Source: Chloroflexota bacterium (GTDB lineage: Bacteria; Chloroflexota; Limnocylindria; Limnocylindrales; CSP1-4). From it: a stretch of 64,000 nt of DNA. Below are positions 16,778 to 26,185 of this stretch, piece by piece. Positions within the stretch are counted from its first letter, which is position 1. Each line of letters starts with the position of its first letter. The notes under the pieces were generated by a model, which saw only the letters and a program-made list of their open reading frames with translations, did no database searches and was not told where the DNA came from. The DNA is taken from positions 1,365 to 65,364 of the forward strand of contig VEOW01000064.1 of assembly GCA_012026785.1 (NCBI GenBank), read 5' to 3'. The position numbers were made by a program, and so were the translations under genes.

Positions 16778-16912
16778 GTGGCAGACAATGACGCGCCGGC
16801 GGGTCAGGCCAATGGTCGGCAACTGAACGAGGATTGGGCCGCAACCGTCCTCGGGCTCGTCCTCATCGCACTCGCCATGCTCGGCGTCATCACCAAGGCG
16901 ATGGTGCCCTGA
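16778..16912 (+). CDS. Small single-TM protein (44 aa) translationally coupled to the YeiH-family gene
   Basis: In-frame GTG at 16778 within track ORF 16640..16912, with GAGGAGGA 8 nt upstream. The product is VADNDAPAGQANGRQLNEDWAATVLGLVLIALAMLGVITKAMVP. Its TGA overlaps the next ATG (TGATG). Confidence 0.45.
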   Translation: MADNDAPAGQANGRQLNEDWAATVLGLVLIALAMLGVITKAMVP

Positions 16913-18036
16913 TGACGGCTCTGGAGACCCCCCTCAGCCGAAGCGAGGAGCGCGTCGAGACCGGGTACGGCGGGCTGATCGGCGGGATCGTCGTTCTGCT
17001 CATCCTCGGGGCAGCCGCCCGATTCCTCGACGCCAACGTCGCGTCGTGGTTCGCAGGCACAGCGTTGGCGGGCCCTGCCAAGGCGATCGAGTTCCCGGTG
17101 TATGCCATCGCACTGGGGCTCCTCGGGAACCTGGCACTTGCCATGCTGGGGTTGCGAGAGCGATTTCGGGCGGCATTCCGGACCGAGTTCCTGATCAAGA
17201 CGGGCCTCGTCCTCCTCGGGGCCTCGATCAACCTGTCGATCATCCTCTCGGCTGCGGGACCGGCAATCGCGCAGTCGGTCTTCATGATCACGGTCGTCTT
17301 CCTGTTCACTTGGTGGATCGCGGGCGTGCTCGGGCTCGAGCCAAAGCTCCGAGCCCTCTTGGCGGCCGGTCTCGCGATCTGCGGCGTGAGCGCGGCCATC
17401 GCCGCGGCTGGCGCAGTGCACGCAAAGAAGGAGCAGCTCGCCTACGTGGCGGGGCTGGTCATCCTCTTCGCAATCCCGTCGATCTTCATCCAGCCCTGGC
17501 TGGTCGGTCTGCTCGGACTTCCCTCCGCCGTCGCGGGGGCGTGGATCGGCGGCAACATCGACACGACCGCGGCCGTGACCGCCGCCGGGACGCTCGTCGG
17601 CGAGGATGCGCTGAAGATCGCGACGATCGTCAAGGTCACCCAGAACGCGATGATGGGCGTGGTCGCGGTGCTCCTGACGATCTACTTCGTCATGCGCGTC
17701 GACCGGACGCCCGACTCCCCGCGCCCCGGGCTCGGCGAGCTGTGGGTCAGGTTCCCGAAGTTCGTCCTCGGGTTCATTGCGGCTTCCATCATCGGCACCT
17801 GGTTCGTCGGGGCCGTCGCCGCGGACACCGGGACGGCTGCGATCGGCGCCATCAACGGGATGCGGACCTGGTTCCTGATTCTGGCCTTCGTCAGCATCGG
17901 GCTTGAGCTTCGAGTCACGTCGCTCCGGGAGGCTGGATGGCGCCCGATCGGGGTCTTCGCCATCGCGACCGTGTTCAACCTCGCCCTGGCGCTGGTCGTC
18001 GCATCGATCCTGTTCGCCGGCTTCAGCGTGAGCTGA
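16912..18036 (+). CDS. YeiH/UPF0324 family membrane protein (putative sulfate-exporter family transporter)
   Basis: Track ORF 16834..18036 trimmed to the ATG at 16912 (MTALETPLSRS...). About 10 TM. Family-like motifs: LAICGVSAAIAAAGAV.AKKEQLAY and GAWIGGNIDTTAAVTAAG. Confidence 0.8.
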   Translation: MTALETPLSRSEERVETGYGGLIGGIVVLLILGAAARFLDANVASWFAGTALAGPAKAIEFPVYAIALGLLGNLALAMLGLRERFRAAFRTEFLIKTGLVLLGASINLSIILSAAGPAIAQSVFMITVVFLFTWWIAGVLGLEPKLRALLAAGLAICGVSAAIAAAGAVHAKKEQLAYVAGLVILFAIPSIFIQPWLVGLLGLPSAVAGAWIGGNIDTTAAVTAAGTLVGEDALKIATIVKVTQNAMMGVVAVLLTIYFVMRVDRTPDSPRPGLGELWVRFPKFVLGFIAASIIGTWFVGAVAADTGTAAIGAINGMRTWFLILAFVSIGLELRVTSLREAGWRPIGVFAIATVFNLALALVVASILFAGFSVS

Positions 18037-18128
18037 TCGGAGCGGTACTTCTCGGCCATGAACCCGTAGCCGAAAACTTTTGCATTGGGTATGGCATGCG
18101 GACGCCGAAGTCCGTTACGCTTTCGTAA

Positions 18129-18896
18129 GTGTCGTCTCCAGCGCTAGCTCGCGTGTTCCCCCGCCAGGCCGGTCGGCGCCTGCCACCGATTCCGCCTGAC
18201 GTCGAGGATCTCGGCCCGCACGACGTCCTTCGTGTTGCCCTCACGGCCCTCGGGCGGGAGCGGCTCGCGTTATCGGCCTCGTTCGGTCCGGAAGACATCG
18301 TGATCCTCGACATGCTGGCGGAGTTGGAACCGCAGCCTCGCGTGCTCACCCTTGACACGGGTCGCCTGCCGGAGGAAACGTATCGGCTGATCGACCGCGT
18401 TCGATCTCGATACGCCGTCGAGGTGGAGGTATTCGCGCCGGAGGCGGAAGCGGTCGAGGCGATGGTCCGCGAGCACGGGCCTAACCTCTTCTACCGGTCC
18501 GTCGAGAACCGGATCCTCTGTTGCGACGTTCGGAAGGTGCAGCCCCTGCGGCGTGCCCTGCAGACCGTCGACGGTTGGATCGCGGGGGTCCGGCGAGACC
18601 AGATCGCCACGCGGGCGCAGACACCCAAGATCGGCCTGGATCTGGCTCATGGTTTGATCTGGAAAGTCGCGCCGCTGGCCGACTGGACCGAGGCGCAGGT
18701 CTGGGCGTACATCCACGAGCGGGACCTGCCGTACAACGAGTTGCACGATCAGGGCTACCCGTCGATCGGCTGTGCACCCTGCTCGAGAGCCGTGGAGCCG
18801 GGTGCCGATCCCCGGTCGGGCCGGTGGTGGTGGGAGCAGCCGGAGGACCGCGAGTGCGGCATCCACGTCCCGCCGTCGGCCCGGGATGGCGGCTGA
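18129..18896 (+). CDS. cysH: Adenylyl-/phosphoadenylyl-sulfate reductase (thioredoxin-dependent), Fe-S (CC...CxxC) type
   Basis: 255 aa. Motifs: LSASFGPEDIVILDML, TGRLPEETY, ILCCDVRKVQPL, YPSIGCAPCSRAV, and C-terminal ECGIH. No other sulfate-assimilation genes are nearby. Confidence 0.9.
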   Translation: MSSPALARVFPRQAGRRLPPIPPDVEDLGPHDVLRVALTALGRERLALSASFGPEDIVILDMLAELEPQPRVLTLDTGRLPEETYRLIDRVRSRYAVEVEVFAPEAEAVEAMVREHGPNLFYRSVENRILCCDVRKVQPLRRALQTVDGWIAGVRRDQIATRAQTPKIGLDLAHGLIWKVAPLADWTEAQVWAYIHERDLPYNELHDQGYPSIGCAPCSRAVEPGADPRSGRWWWEQPEDRECGIHVPPSARDGG

Positions 18897-18910
18897 ACGT
18901 CCGTCCCTAG

Positions 18911-20053
18911 CTACGCTTCTCGGTCGGCGCGCAAGTTGGCGATGTCCTCGTCCTGCGCTTTCGGGCCGCCGCCGAGCACCATCCATGAGACGCTCCCGGC
19001 GATGCCCAGCGGCAGTGTCGTGACGGCACGCAGTAGGATCGCCGCGGCCCCGGCGGCCGCCGTGTCGACACCCTGGGCAACAAGCAGGACGACAAGGACC
19101 GCGTCAGCGGCGCCGAGTCCAAAGGGAAGCGCTGAGATCACGCCAGCGCAGATCGAGAGGCCGTACGCGGCCCACACGCCCGCGGGGTTGACCTCCGCCC
19201 CCAGGGCATCGAGGACGAGCCAGAGTTGGGTCGCGAATATGGCGAAGATGAGCGCTGTGGTCGCCACGAAATGGCCGCTTCGGCGAGGATCAAGGGTGAT
19301 GTCTCGGAGCCGGACGTCCATTGCCGCGAGGCCTGTGCTCAGGCGCCGGAGTCTCGCGGACGCGAACCGGCTGAGCACGCCGGCGAGCAGTAGCCCCGGG
19401 CGCAGCCCGAGGGCGTACAGGATGGACGGCGCGAAAGCCAGGACGGCGGCCACAAGCCAGCCCCCGGCAACAATCGGGAGCGGCGCTGGAATCAAGGTCC
19501 CCAGGGCCGCTGCGCTCGCCGTGACCAGCATCAGTCCGATTGCCCACAGTCGCTCGGCCAGAATGACCGCGGTAGAGCTCTCGTACGGAACGGCATGGCG
19601 GCGCTGCAGAACGATCGCCCGAAGGACCTCGCCCGAACTCGCCGGTGTGAGGTTGTTGATCGTGTTGGCGAATGAGGTGACTGGCACGAGCGTACGGATG
19701 GGCAGCGCGCTCCCGACTGCGTCCATCAGGCTCCGCGATCGCTCGGCCCAGAGGGCGATGACGATGAGGTTGAGGGCCAGGGCCGCGAAGAAGAGCCACC
19801 CGTCCAGTCTGGCGACCAAGGCCGCCGCCTCCCACGGCCGCGTCCGCCACAACACGATCAGAAGGAGTGCTAGCGAGACGAGACCCCAAACGACGACACG
19901 ACGCACGCGGTCAGATGGTAGCCTCGACTGCACGCCTGAGCGCCGTCTGCACGTGCCGCTCGGCCGCAGAAGCCTTGAGGGAGAGGCGACCGTAGCTTGA
20001 ACCTGCTCCGACGCGCCATGCCCCGCCCGACCGATCTCGCGACACCGGAGCAC
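18911..20053 (-). CDS. Flippase-like domain membrane protein (LPG-synthase-TM / UPF0104 family)
   Basis: Polytopic. Motif: SFANTINNLTPASSGEVLRAIVLQRRHAVPYESSTAVILAERLWAIGLMLV. The track start overlaps the divergent neighbour, so the real start is probably further in, near VRRVVVWGLVSLALLL. Confidence 0.7.
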   Translation of the reverse strand: MLRCREIGRAGHGASEQVQATVASPSRLLRPSGTCRRRSGVQSRLPSDRVRRVVVWGLVSLALLLIVLWRTRPWEAAALVARLDGWLFFAALALNLIVIALWAERSRSLMDAVGSALPIRTLVPVTSFANTINNLTPASSGEVLRAIVLQRRHAVPYESSTAVILAERLWAIGLMLVTASAAALGTLIPAPLPIVAGGWLVAAVLAFAPSILYALGLRPGLLLAGVLSRFASARLRRLSTGLAAMDVRLRDITLDPRRSGHFVATTALIFAIFATQLWLVLDALGAEVNPAGVWAAYGLSICAGVISALPFGLGAADAVLVVLLVAQGVDTAAAGAAAILLRAVTTLPLGIAGSVSWMVLGGGPKAQDEDIANLRADREA

Positions 20054-21970
20054 ATCGTCGTCATCTGCTCGCTGCTATTTGCCCTGGTCGTCCAGTCGAG
20101 CCTTTTCACCTACTCGGAATGGATGTTGGGCGACATGGCGTATCACCGTGGCGTCGCCTACACCATGCAAGCCGGCCTCGTCCAGGGTGAGGGACCCTTT
20201 CGGGGGTTGTTGACGTACTACGGCGGCCTACACCCACTCATCACTGGGACCCTGGCAGCGGCGTTCGACGTCACCTTCGACGCGATTGTTTCGGTTGTGT
20301 CGTGGTTCGGCGGACCGGCGTGGGTTCTCACCGCGTGGTTCGCAGGTCGTCGGATGTGGCCGAATGACAGGCTCGCGGTCGCGGCCTTCGTGGCTCTGGC
20401 GACGTTCGCTGTCCCATTCTCCACCGATCGGACGATCACTGGCGACATCTGGACGTCAAGCACACTGGCCGCAGGCCACGCCTATTGGCCGATCTACCCG
20501 CGTGACGTCGCACTGCTCCTGACGCTCCTGCTGGCGGCTGTGCTGCTTCATCCGAATCGGGCGCGGCGTGTTGTCATTTCCGGCCTCCTTATAGGCGCTA
20601 TGGTCTCGGTCCACCTGGAGCTCGGGCCACTCGCGGGGATCCTCGTTGCGGCGGTCATGGGCTGGCAGGCGTTACGAGACCGTGACCGGTCTCACTTGGT
20701 CGACATTGCACTCGTGGGCGGCATCTCGATCCTGATTTCCGCATGGTGGTGGATCCCGCGAGCCCAGGCCATCCTCGCGGGGGGCGGACTTCTCATCTCG
20801 GACTACCCACTCAACGTCCCACTGCGCTTGGATGTGCCGCGCTACCTGACATCAATGGGTATCGTGGGCGTCCTGTCGTTGATCGGATTCGCTCTCCTTC
20901 TCAGTCGTCGGTTTCGAGGACCGACTGCTACGGTCATCCTCGTCTGGGCCGCGACCTTGCTCTTCCTGATCCCATTTGATCGGATTGCACCCGAATTGGA
21001 TCCGGTCAACGAACGACGCCTCTGGCTGGTCTTCTCGATCCCTGCGACCGCCGCGGCTGCAGTGGCTGCATCGCAGATCGTACGCGTCGTACCAAGAGGC
21101 GTGAGCGCGGCGTTAATCCTGGCGGCGGCGCTCTCGATGCTACCGGGCACGAAGGCCACACTCGAATCAGTTAACGCATCGTGGCGCGCCGAAGGATTTG
21201 CCGGCCGCATGGCGTATGACCCACAGGTCTGGGTGCCGCTATGGGACGGACTCCACGACGAGGTCGTGGCGGAGCACGGAATGGTGATGGCCACGTACGA
21301 CATGTACTCCGTCTGGACGTGGTCCTTCACGGGCGCTCAACAGGTGAGCGTATGGATACCCGGCCCAGTGAAGTTGGGGTTCGATCCCGAGGTCCTGACG
21401 GGTCTGGGCTACCTCGAGCGAAACGAGCTGACTCGCACGGGATTCCAAGGCCGTGCAGCGATGTGCGCGATTCTTCCCACTGCGGGTGCAACGATGTTGC
21501 TGTTGGATCGATCTGATGGCCTCGTTGCGACCTACGATCGAACTCCAGCCTCGGAATTCAGGGTCGATGCCGGAGATCGTGATCTCGCGTCGATCAATCG
21601 GCCGGTCGCGCCGGGCGTTGTGTATCAGGATGGCGGAGGGTTCGATCAACTCCAGTTGCAGCCGGGCGGAAGCTACAGGGTCGATTGGGTCGACCCGAAT
21701 ATCCGCATGATCGGAATCGTGGCACAACTACCGAGGGGCGATGCCCCAGCCATGGAGGTTCGTGTCGGCGGGGAAGTCTTCAATGTTACCGCCGAAAAGG
21801 CCTCGCCGACGCCGTACTTCATTGACACGCCGAACGGCGTCGATGATGGGATTGTGATCAGTGCCAGACAGGCGTTTCGCCTGTTCCGCGTCTCGGGTTA
21901 CACCGTCGCACCGGAAATGGACGGTCCTGATGGTCCGTTCACTGTACCGATCGCCGACTTCTGCCGATGA
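19997..21970 (+). CDS. Large polytopic membrane protein with a C-terminal extracytoplasmic domain (putative GT-C glycosyltransferase)
   Basis: 657 aa. About 12 TM segments in the first ~420 aa, then a soluble ~230-aa tail. An alternative start is the ATG at 20018 (MPRPTDLATPEH...). It is in an operon with a similar protein. The function is inferred from topology and context. Confidence 0.6.
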   Translation: MNLLRRAMPRPTDLATPEHIVVICSLLFALVVQSSLFTYSEWMLGDMAYHRGVAYTMQAGLVQGEGPFRGLLTYYGGLHPLITGTLAAAFDVTFDAIVSVVSWFGGPAWVLTAWFAGRRMWPNDRLAVAAFVALATFAVPFSTDRTITGDIWTSSTLAAGHAYWPIYPRDVALLLTLLLAAVLLHPNRARRVVISGLLIGAMVSVHLELGPLAGILVAAVMGWQALRDRDRSHLVDIALVGGISILISAWWWIPRAQAILAGGGLLISDYPLNVPLRLDVPRYLTSMGIVGVLSLIGFALLLSRRFRGPTATVILVWAATLLFLIPFDRIAPELDPVNERRLWLVFSIPATAAAAVAASQIVRVVPRGVSAALILAAALSMLPGTKATLESVNASWRAEGFAGRMAYDPQVWVPLWDGLHDEVVAEHGMVMATYDMYSVWTWSFTGAQQVSVWIPGPVKLGFDPEVLTGLGYLERNELTRTGFQGRAAMCAILPTAGATMLLLDRSDGLVATYDRTPASEFRVDAGDRDLASINRPVAPGVVYQDGGGFDQLQLQPGGSYRVDWVDPNIRMIGIVAQLPRGDAPAMEVRVGGEVFNVTAEKASPTPYFIDTPNGVDDGIVISARQAFRLFRVSGYTVAPEMDGPDGPFTVPIADFCR

Positions 21971-23907
21971 CCGGTGTGATCCTCGGAGTAGGCTGGTCTC
22001 TTCTCGCGCTCGTCGCTTTCGCGCTCCTGCTCGTTCTTCCGGGCATGTCGTTGGCGCGCCGACTCGTAGCCATGTCCGACTTGACAACACTCTGGGTTGC
22101 GGCCGTCCTCATCTCTCTCCTTCTCAATGCAGCGTTGACCGCCGCCCTGCTCACCGTCGGCGTGTATGACCCGCGCTACGTCGTCGCTGTGACGATTCTC
22201 GTGTCGGTCCTGAGCCTTCCATCACTCGTTCGCTGGCTCAGGGCCGTGCCACCGCCGGTGGCCGTCGTCGTGGGGCTGTCCCTGCTCGTGGCTGTCGCCC
22301 CTTGGGTAGCGTCGGTCTGGCGACTGGATTTCGCACCCTCGAACACCCTCCAGTGGTATTACTGGGACCTTGGACGTGCGCTGAGCACGGCTGGCGGCAT
22401 CCCGGGGACAGTCCAGGAGTTCGGCCGCGCCGTCCCATGGCTGCCCGACTACGTCTTCTTCAACGGTATTTCGGAAGCCTACTCGGTGCTGATGGCACCA
22501 GCGGGCTCGGCTGTCGCAATGCAAGTCTGGCGCGTGCCGCTGGCGGCGGCGGGCCTCGTGGCGATGTACCTGGTTGCGCGGCTCTGGCTCGACCGTCTCC
22601 CTGCCATTGTCGCTGTCGCTGCAGCGGGCGCGAGCGTCTTCTTCCTGATGAAGTTCAACGCGTACAAACCGGAGTCACTCGGTATCGTCGTGGGGCTATT
22701 GGCAGCATGGCTGGTGGTACGGGGAAAGCGCGAACGAAACGCAACTTGGATGGCCCTCGGCGGAGTCGCGCTGGGAGTCGATGTCGCCATCCACGCGATC
22801 GCCGCGACCATAACAGGACTCGTCCTGATGGCCGCCGCCGTCGCGGAGCTGGTCACCGTCGCGGAAGTCCGACGACGCTCGCTGGCCTTGCTCGCTGGCA
22901 CGGCCGTGATCACCCTGAGCGTTGCTGTCGGTACAGGTGTTGCCCTGCAGGGACGACCGCTGGTCGTCACGGAGGTGCTCCGCCCCGCCGCCGGCCGGCC
23001 GGTCGATCCCACATGGACATACCTGCAATACAGCAACGGCAACTTCGCCGGCCAGCCACCACCTTCCCGAAGCACCCGGCTCGCCGCGGGCGTGCGGAGT
23101 CCGTGGCCCGGGATCCAGCTGGGGTGGCCCAGGGGCCTGTGGCTCGTGTGGGTCGCCGGGATGGGGATCCTGTTCGCCGCCGTATTCGGGGATCGGCGAA
23201 TTCGCGCCGGATTGCTGGCAGGCGTGCTCGGATGCGCGGCGCTCGCTGCCGGAATCGCCTTCTTCGCTGTGGCCTTCTCGACGTACGTCCCACAGCACAC
23301 CGGCCTCGTCCGCTTCGCCCAGTACATCCCGGGCGGACTCGGCTTCGCCGTTGGGTTCGCTGCCCAGGGATACATCGTGCTCTGGCAGCGGATCACGGGC
23401 GGGCTCCCCTCTCGGGGATTCGCGTCGGTTGTGGCTGCGGTCTCGATCGCCTGCCTCGTGATCGTCGCCCGAGAATCGTACCGAGGGGACGACGGGATTC
23501 CAGCGCAAGGCAGGGAGGCGATCGCGGAACTGGCGCGGCACGGGGAACCCGGCGACGTCGTTCTCTCCAACGCGCTCACGACCGGGCAGCTTGAGTTCCA
23601 CACTGAACTCGAAGCGCCGCTCGAGGGTCGGCAGCCGCTCATCGAGGAGCCGGCGTTTCTCGATCATGCCAATGCCATGCTGCTCGCCGCGCATCGGTTC
23701 TTCGGCCCGGAGCGCGATCCTGCCGTCCTTCAAGCGTTGGGCGTGAGGTGGGTCCTGGTTGCCGATCAGCCTAGGCTCCTCGGCGCGAGCGCGTCGCTGG
23801 GAGGAAACGTTGCTGATGCGGACCGTGATCCGCGATTGACGCTTCGGTGGCAGGGAGCCGGAGTGGCCCTGTTCGAAGTCATGACCGGAGCGGGAGACGA
23901 AACATGA
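21967..23907 (+). CDS. Large polytopic membrane protein with a C-terminal extracytoplasmic domain (putative GT-C glycosyltransferase)
   Basis: 646 aa. Its start overlaps the upstream stop (ATGA). It has many TM segments and then a soluble C-terminus. The function is inferred from topology and context. Confidence 0.6.
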   Translation: MTGVILGVGWSLLALVAFALLLVLPGMSLARRLVAMSDLTTLWVAAVLISLLLNAALTAALLTVGVYDPRYVVAVTILVSVLSLPSLVRWLRAVPPPVAVVVGLSLLVAVAPWVASVWRLDFAPSNTLQWYYWDLGRALSTAGGIPGTVQEFGRAVPWLPDYVFFNGISEAYSVLMAPAGSAVAMQVWRVPLAAAGLVAMYLVARLWLDRLPAIVAVAAAGASVFFLMKFNAYKPESLGIVVGLLAAWLVVRGKRERNATWMALGGVALGVDVAIHAIAATITGLVLMAAAVAELVTVAEVRRRSLALLAGTAVITLSVAVGTGVALQGRPLVVTEVLRPAAGRPVDPTWTYLQYSNGNFAGQPPPSRSTRLAAGVRSPWPGIQLGWPRGLWLVWVAGMGILFAAVFGDRRIRAGLLAGVLGCAALAAGIAFFAVAFSTYVPQHTGLVRFAQYIPGGLGFAVGFAAQGYIVLWQRITGGLPSRGFASVVAAVSIACLVIVARESYRGDDGIPAQGREAIAELARHGEPGDVVLSNALTTGQLEFHTELEAPLEGRQPLIEEPAFLDHANAMLLAAHRFFGPERDPAVLQALGVRWVLVADQPRLLGASASLGGNVADADRDPRLTLRWQGAGVALFEVMTGAGDET

Positions 23908-23942
23908 GTCCGAACGGCCGTTCGGCGGCCTAGACTGCTGCC

Positions 23943-24992
23943 GTGCCAAGCCTGCTGCGCCAAATTGGGCTCGTCCTGGCGGTCGTGCAGCTCGTCCTCG
24001 CGATCTGGGCCGGCAGGAGAAGTAGCACGCGTGGACTCGTCGTGCCACTGGCGCTGACGGGCATTGCCCTCTTCGTCGTGGTCGTGCTGCCCGACGCGGT
24101 GCGGGTCATCCAGAACCTGATCGGTCTAGGTGGGGAGAGCGCCGGTGGCATCATCACTGCCTTACTCTTGGCGGTGGCGCTCTCCTACGTACTCGTGTTC
24201 TACGTCCTCGCCAAGGTCGAGCGCCAAACCCAGAGACTACGCCGCCTGATCGTCGCCCTTTCCGCGGCGCAGCTCGAGTCCGCCGGCACGCCTTCCGATG
24301 GCGGGATCATGGTCATCATTCCTGCGTACAACGAAGAACAGTCGCTGCCAGCAGTGCTCTCCGCGATCCCCGAGCGGGTGGAGGGACTGCCGGTCCGGGT
24401 CCTCGTGGTCAATGACGCCTCACGCGATGGCACACGCAGGGTCGCGTTGGCAGGGGGCGCGCACGTCGTTTCGCATCCCGTGAACGGCGGCGGCGGTTCG
24501 GCACTGCAATCCGGCTACCTCGTGGCCCAACAGGCCGGTGTGAGCATCGTCGTGACGATGGATGCCGACGGTCAACACGACCCTGCCGAGATCGAGCGTC
24601 TCGTTGCACCGATCGTTCGAGACGAGGCTGACTTCGTCGTGGGCTCACGTCGCTTGGGTCTCTACGAGCCGGAAGCCGGTGCAAGCGGCGTCGCGCGCAA
24701 TGTCGGTCTCACCGTGTACACCGCCTTGGTAAACCTGCTCGGCGGCACTCGCATGACTGACGTGTCGAACGGCTTCCGCGCGATTCGTGCGAGCGGCCTG
24801 ACCTCCATCGTGTTCACCGAGGATCAATTCCACAATCCCGAGCTGCTGATGGGGGCAGCCCGCGCCGGCCTCAGGATTGCCGAGGTGCCGGTGACCATCC
24901 GCAGACGCACCGCGGGCACATCCAAGAAGGGTTCCACCCTTCGCTACGGCGTTGGTTTCTTGCGGGTCGTGCTGCGGAGCTGGTTGCGCTAG
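23943..24992 (+). CDS. Fusion of a DUF2304-like membrane module to a GT2 glycosyltransferase (polyprenol-phosphate sugar synthase-like)
   Basis: The first ~110 aa are 3-4 TM helices ending in an amphipathic helix (KVERQTQRLRRLIVALSAAQLE). GT2 motifs follow: VIIPAYNEEQSL, LVVNDASRDGT, VTMDADGQHDP. Confidence 0.8.
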   Translation: MPSLLRQIGLVLAVVQLVLAIWAGRRSSTRGLVVPLALTGIALFVVVVLPDAVRVIQNLIGLGGESAGGIITALLLAVALSYVLVFYVLAKVERQTQRLRRLIVALSAAQLESAGTPSDGGIMVIIPAYNEEQSLPAVLSAIPERVEGLPVRVLVVNDASRDGTRRVALAGGAHVVSHPVNGGGGSALQSGYLVAQQAGVSIVVTMDADGQHDPAEIERLVAPIVRDEADFVVGSRRLGLYEPEAGASGVARNVGLTVYTALVNLLGGTRMTDVSNGFRAIRASGLTSIVFTEDQFHNPELLMGAARAGLRIAEVPVTIRRRTAGTSKKGSTLRYGVGFLRVVLRSWLR

Positions 24993-26185
24993 CGACCCCT
25001 CGCGCGGGAGCCGGCGTTCTCGGTCGTCCAACGGCTGCGGTGCCAGGCTTCGATCCGCTGACCCCGCATCAGGTTCCACCAGCCGACGAGGAACGCCGCA
25101 TTCACGACCGCAACCGCCAAGGCGAATGCCGCGACGCGCGGTGGGGTCGCTCGACGGCGCCTGATGGCCCAGGCAGCGACGGACAGGACGACCCATGCAG
25201 CGATGGCCGCCAACGGGATCGCCCAGAGACCGGATCCACCGGCCAGCAGCTCGATTCCCGCGCCGAGGGCGGCGAGCCCGACGAGCCAGGGCGTTCCCCA
25301 GCGCAGGAGCTTGTGGGACCAGATCGCGAGCGCGGCCGAAGGATCTCGCCACGGGGCGAGGCGGGCGGCCATGGACAGGTTCGCCCGGATCCCCCGCGTC
25401 GCAGTCCGGCTGCGGTTCTGGAATTGCGCGCGCAGTCCTGCGATCGGTCGATCCGCGGCAACGGCCTCGGGAACGGCCACCACCCGCCTACCCTCGGCGC
25501 GGACATACAGCGGCAGAAGGTGGTCCATCGAGGCATGCGCCGGGACGTCTCGATACGAGCTGTGTCGAACGGCGAGGAGCGCGCCGGTGACGGCCGTCAG
25601 CCAGCCGGCACGGCTCTCGAGACGGCGTACCAGCTGCTCGTATCGCCAGTACAGCCCCTCGTTTCGACTGGTCTGCGTCCGCTTCGCGTCGACCCACTCC
25701 AGGCGACCGGTGGTGCAGCCGACGCGTTGGTCGGCGAACGGTGCGACAAGCTGGGCGATGCACCCGGGAGCAAACCTCGTCTCGGCGTCAGAAAGGATGA
25801 CGATCTCGCCTTGCGCTTCCCGGAAGATTGCGTTCTGGGCCGCCGTCTGACCGCCGCGGGCGAGATCGAGGTACCGGATTCGCTTTTCACTGGAGGCGAG
25901 CCGCTCAAGGATAGCCATCGATTGATCCGTCGACCCGTCGGAGGCCACGATGACCTCGAGCTCGAACGGTCCCTCCTGCGCCAGGATGTTCGCCACGCGA
26001 CCCTCGAGCTGACGTCCCTCGTCGTGGGCCGCGATCCCCACGGTGACGAGGGGTCGCGCGGAGCTGTCAGATTTGGGCACGAACGGCCGAACCCGGGCCT
26101 TGATGGCTGCCGCCACAGGGTAGCCGGCGTAGACCCAGACCAGCAGGGCGCTTGCGATCCAGAAGAGCCATCCTGCGGGCGTCAT
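24989..26185 (-). CDS. Membrane-embedded GT2 glycosyltransferase (processive synthase-like topology)
   Basis: 398 aa. N-terminal TM helix, then the GT2 core (VTVGIAAHDEG, VIVASDGSTDQS, VILSDAETRF), then C-terminal TM helices. Confidence 0.8.
   Translation of the reverse strand: MTPAGWLFWIASALLVWVYAGYPVAAAIKARVRPFVPKSDSSARPLVTVGIAAHDEGRQLEGRVANILAQEGPFELEVIVASDGSTDQSMAILERLASSEKRIRYLDLARGGQTAAQNAIFREAQGEIVILSDAETRFAPGCIAQLVAPFADQRVGCTTGRLEWVDAKRTQTSRNEGLYWRYEQLVRRLESRAGWLTAVTGALLAVRHSSYRDVPAHASMDHLLPLYVRAEGRRVVAVPEAVAADRPIAGLRAQFQNRSRTATRGIRANLSMAARLAPWRDPSAALAIWSHKLLRWGTPWLVGLAALGAGIELLAGGSGLWAIPLAAIAAWVVLSVAAWAIRRRRATPPRVAAFALAVAVVNAAFLVGWWNLMRGQRIEAWHRSRWTTENAGSRARGR

Noticed and set aside
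16640-16912. The full 90-aa track ORF upstream of yeiH.
   Set aside because: The first half overlaps the 5' end of the divergent membrane-protein gene region and has no RBS. Only the last 44 codons (GTG at 16778 with GAGGAGGA upstream) look like a genuine small ORF.
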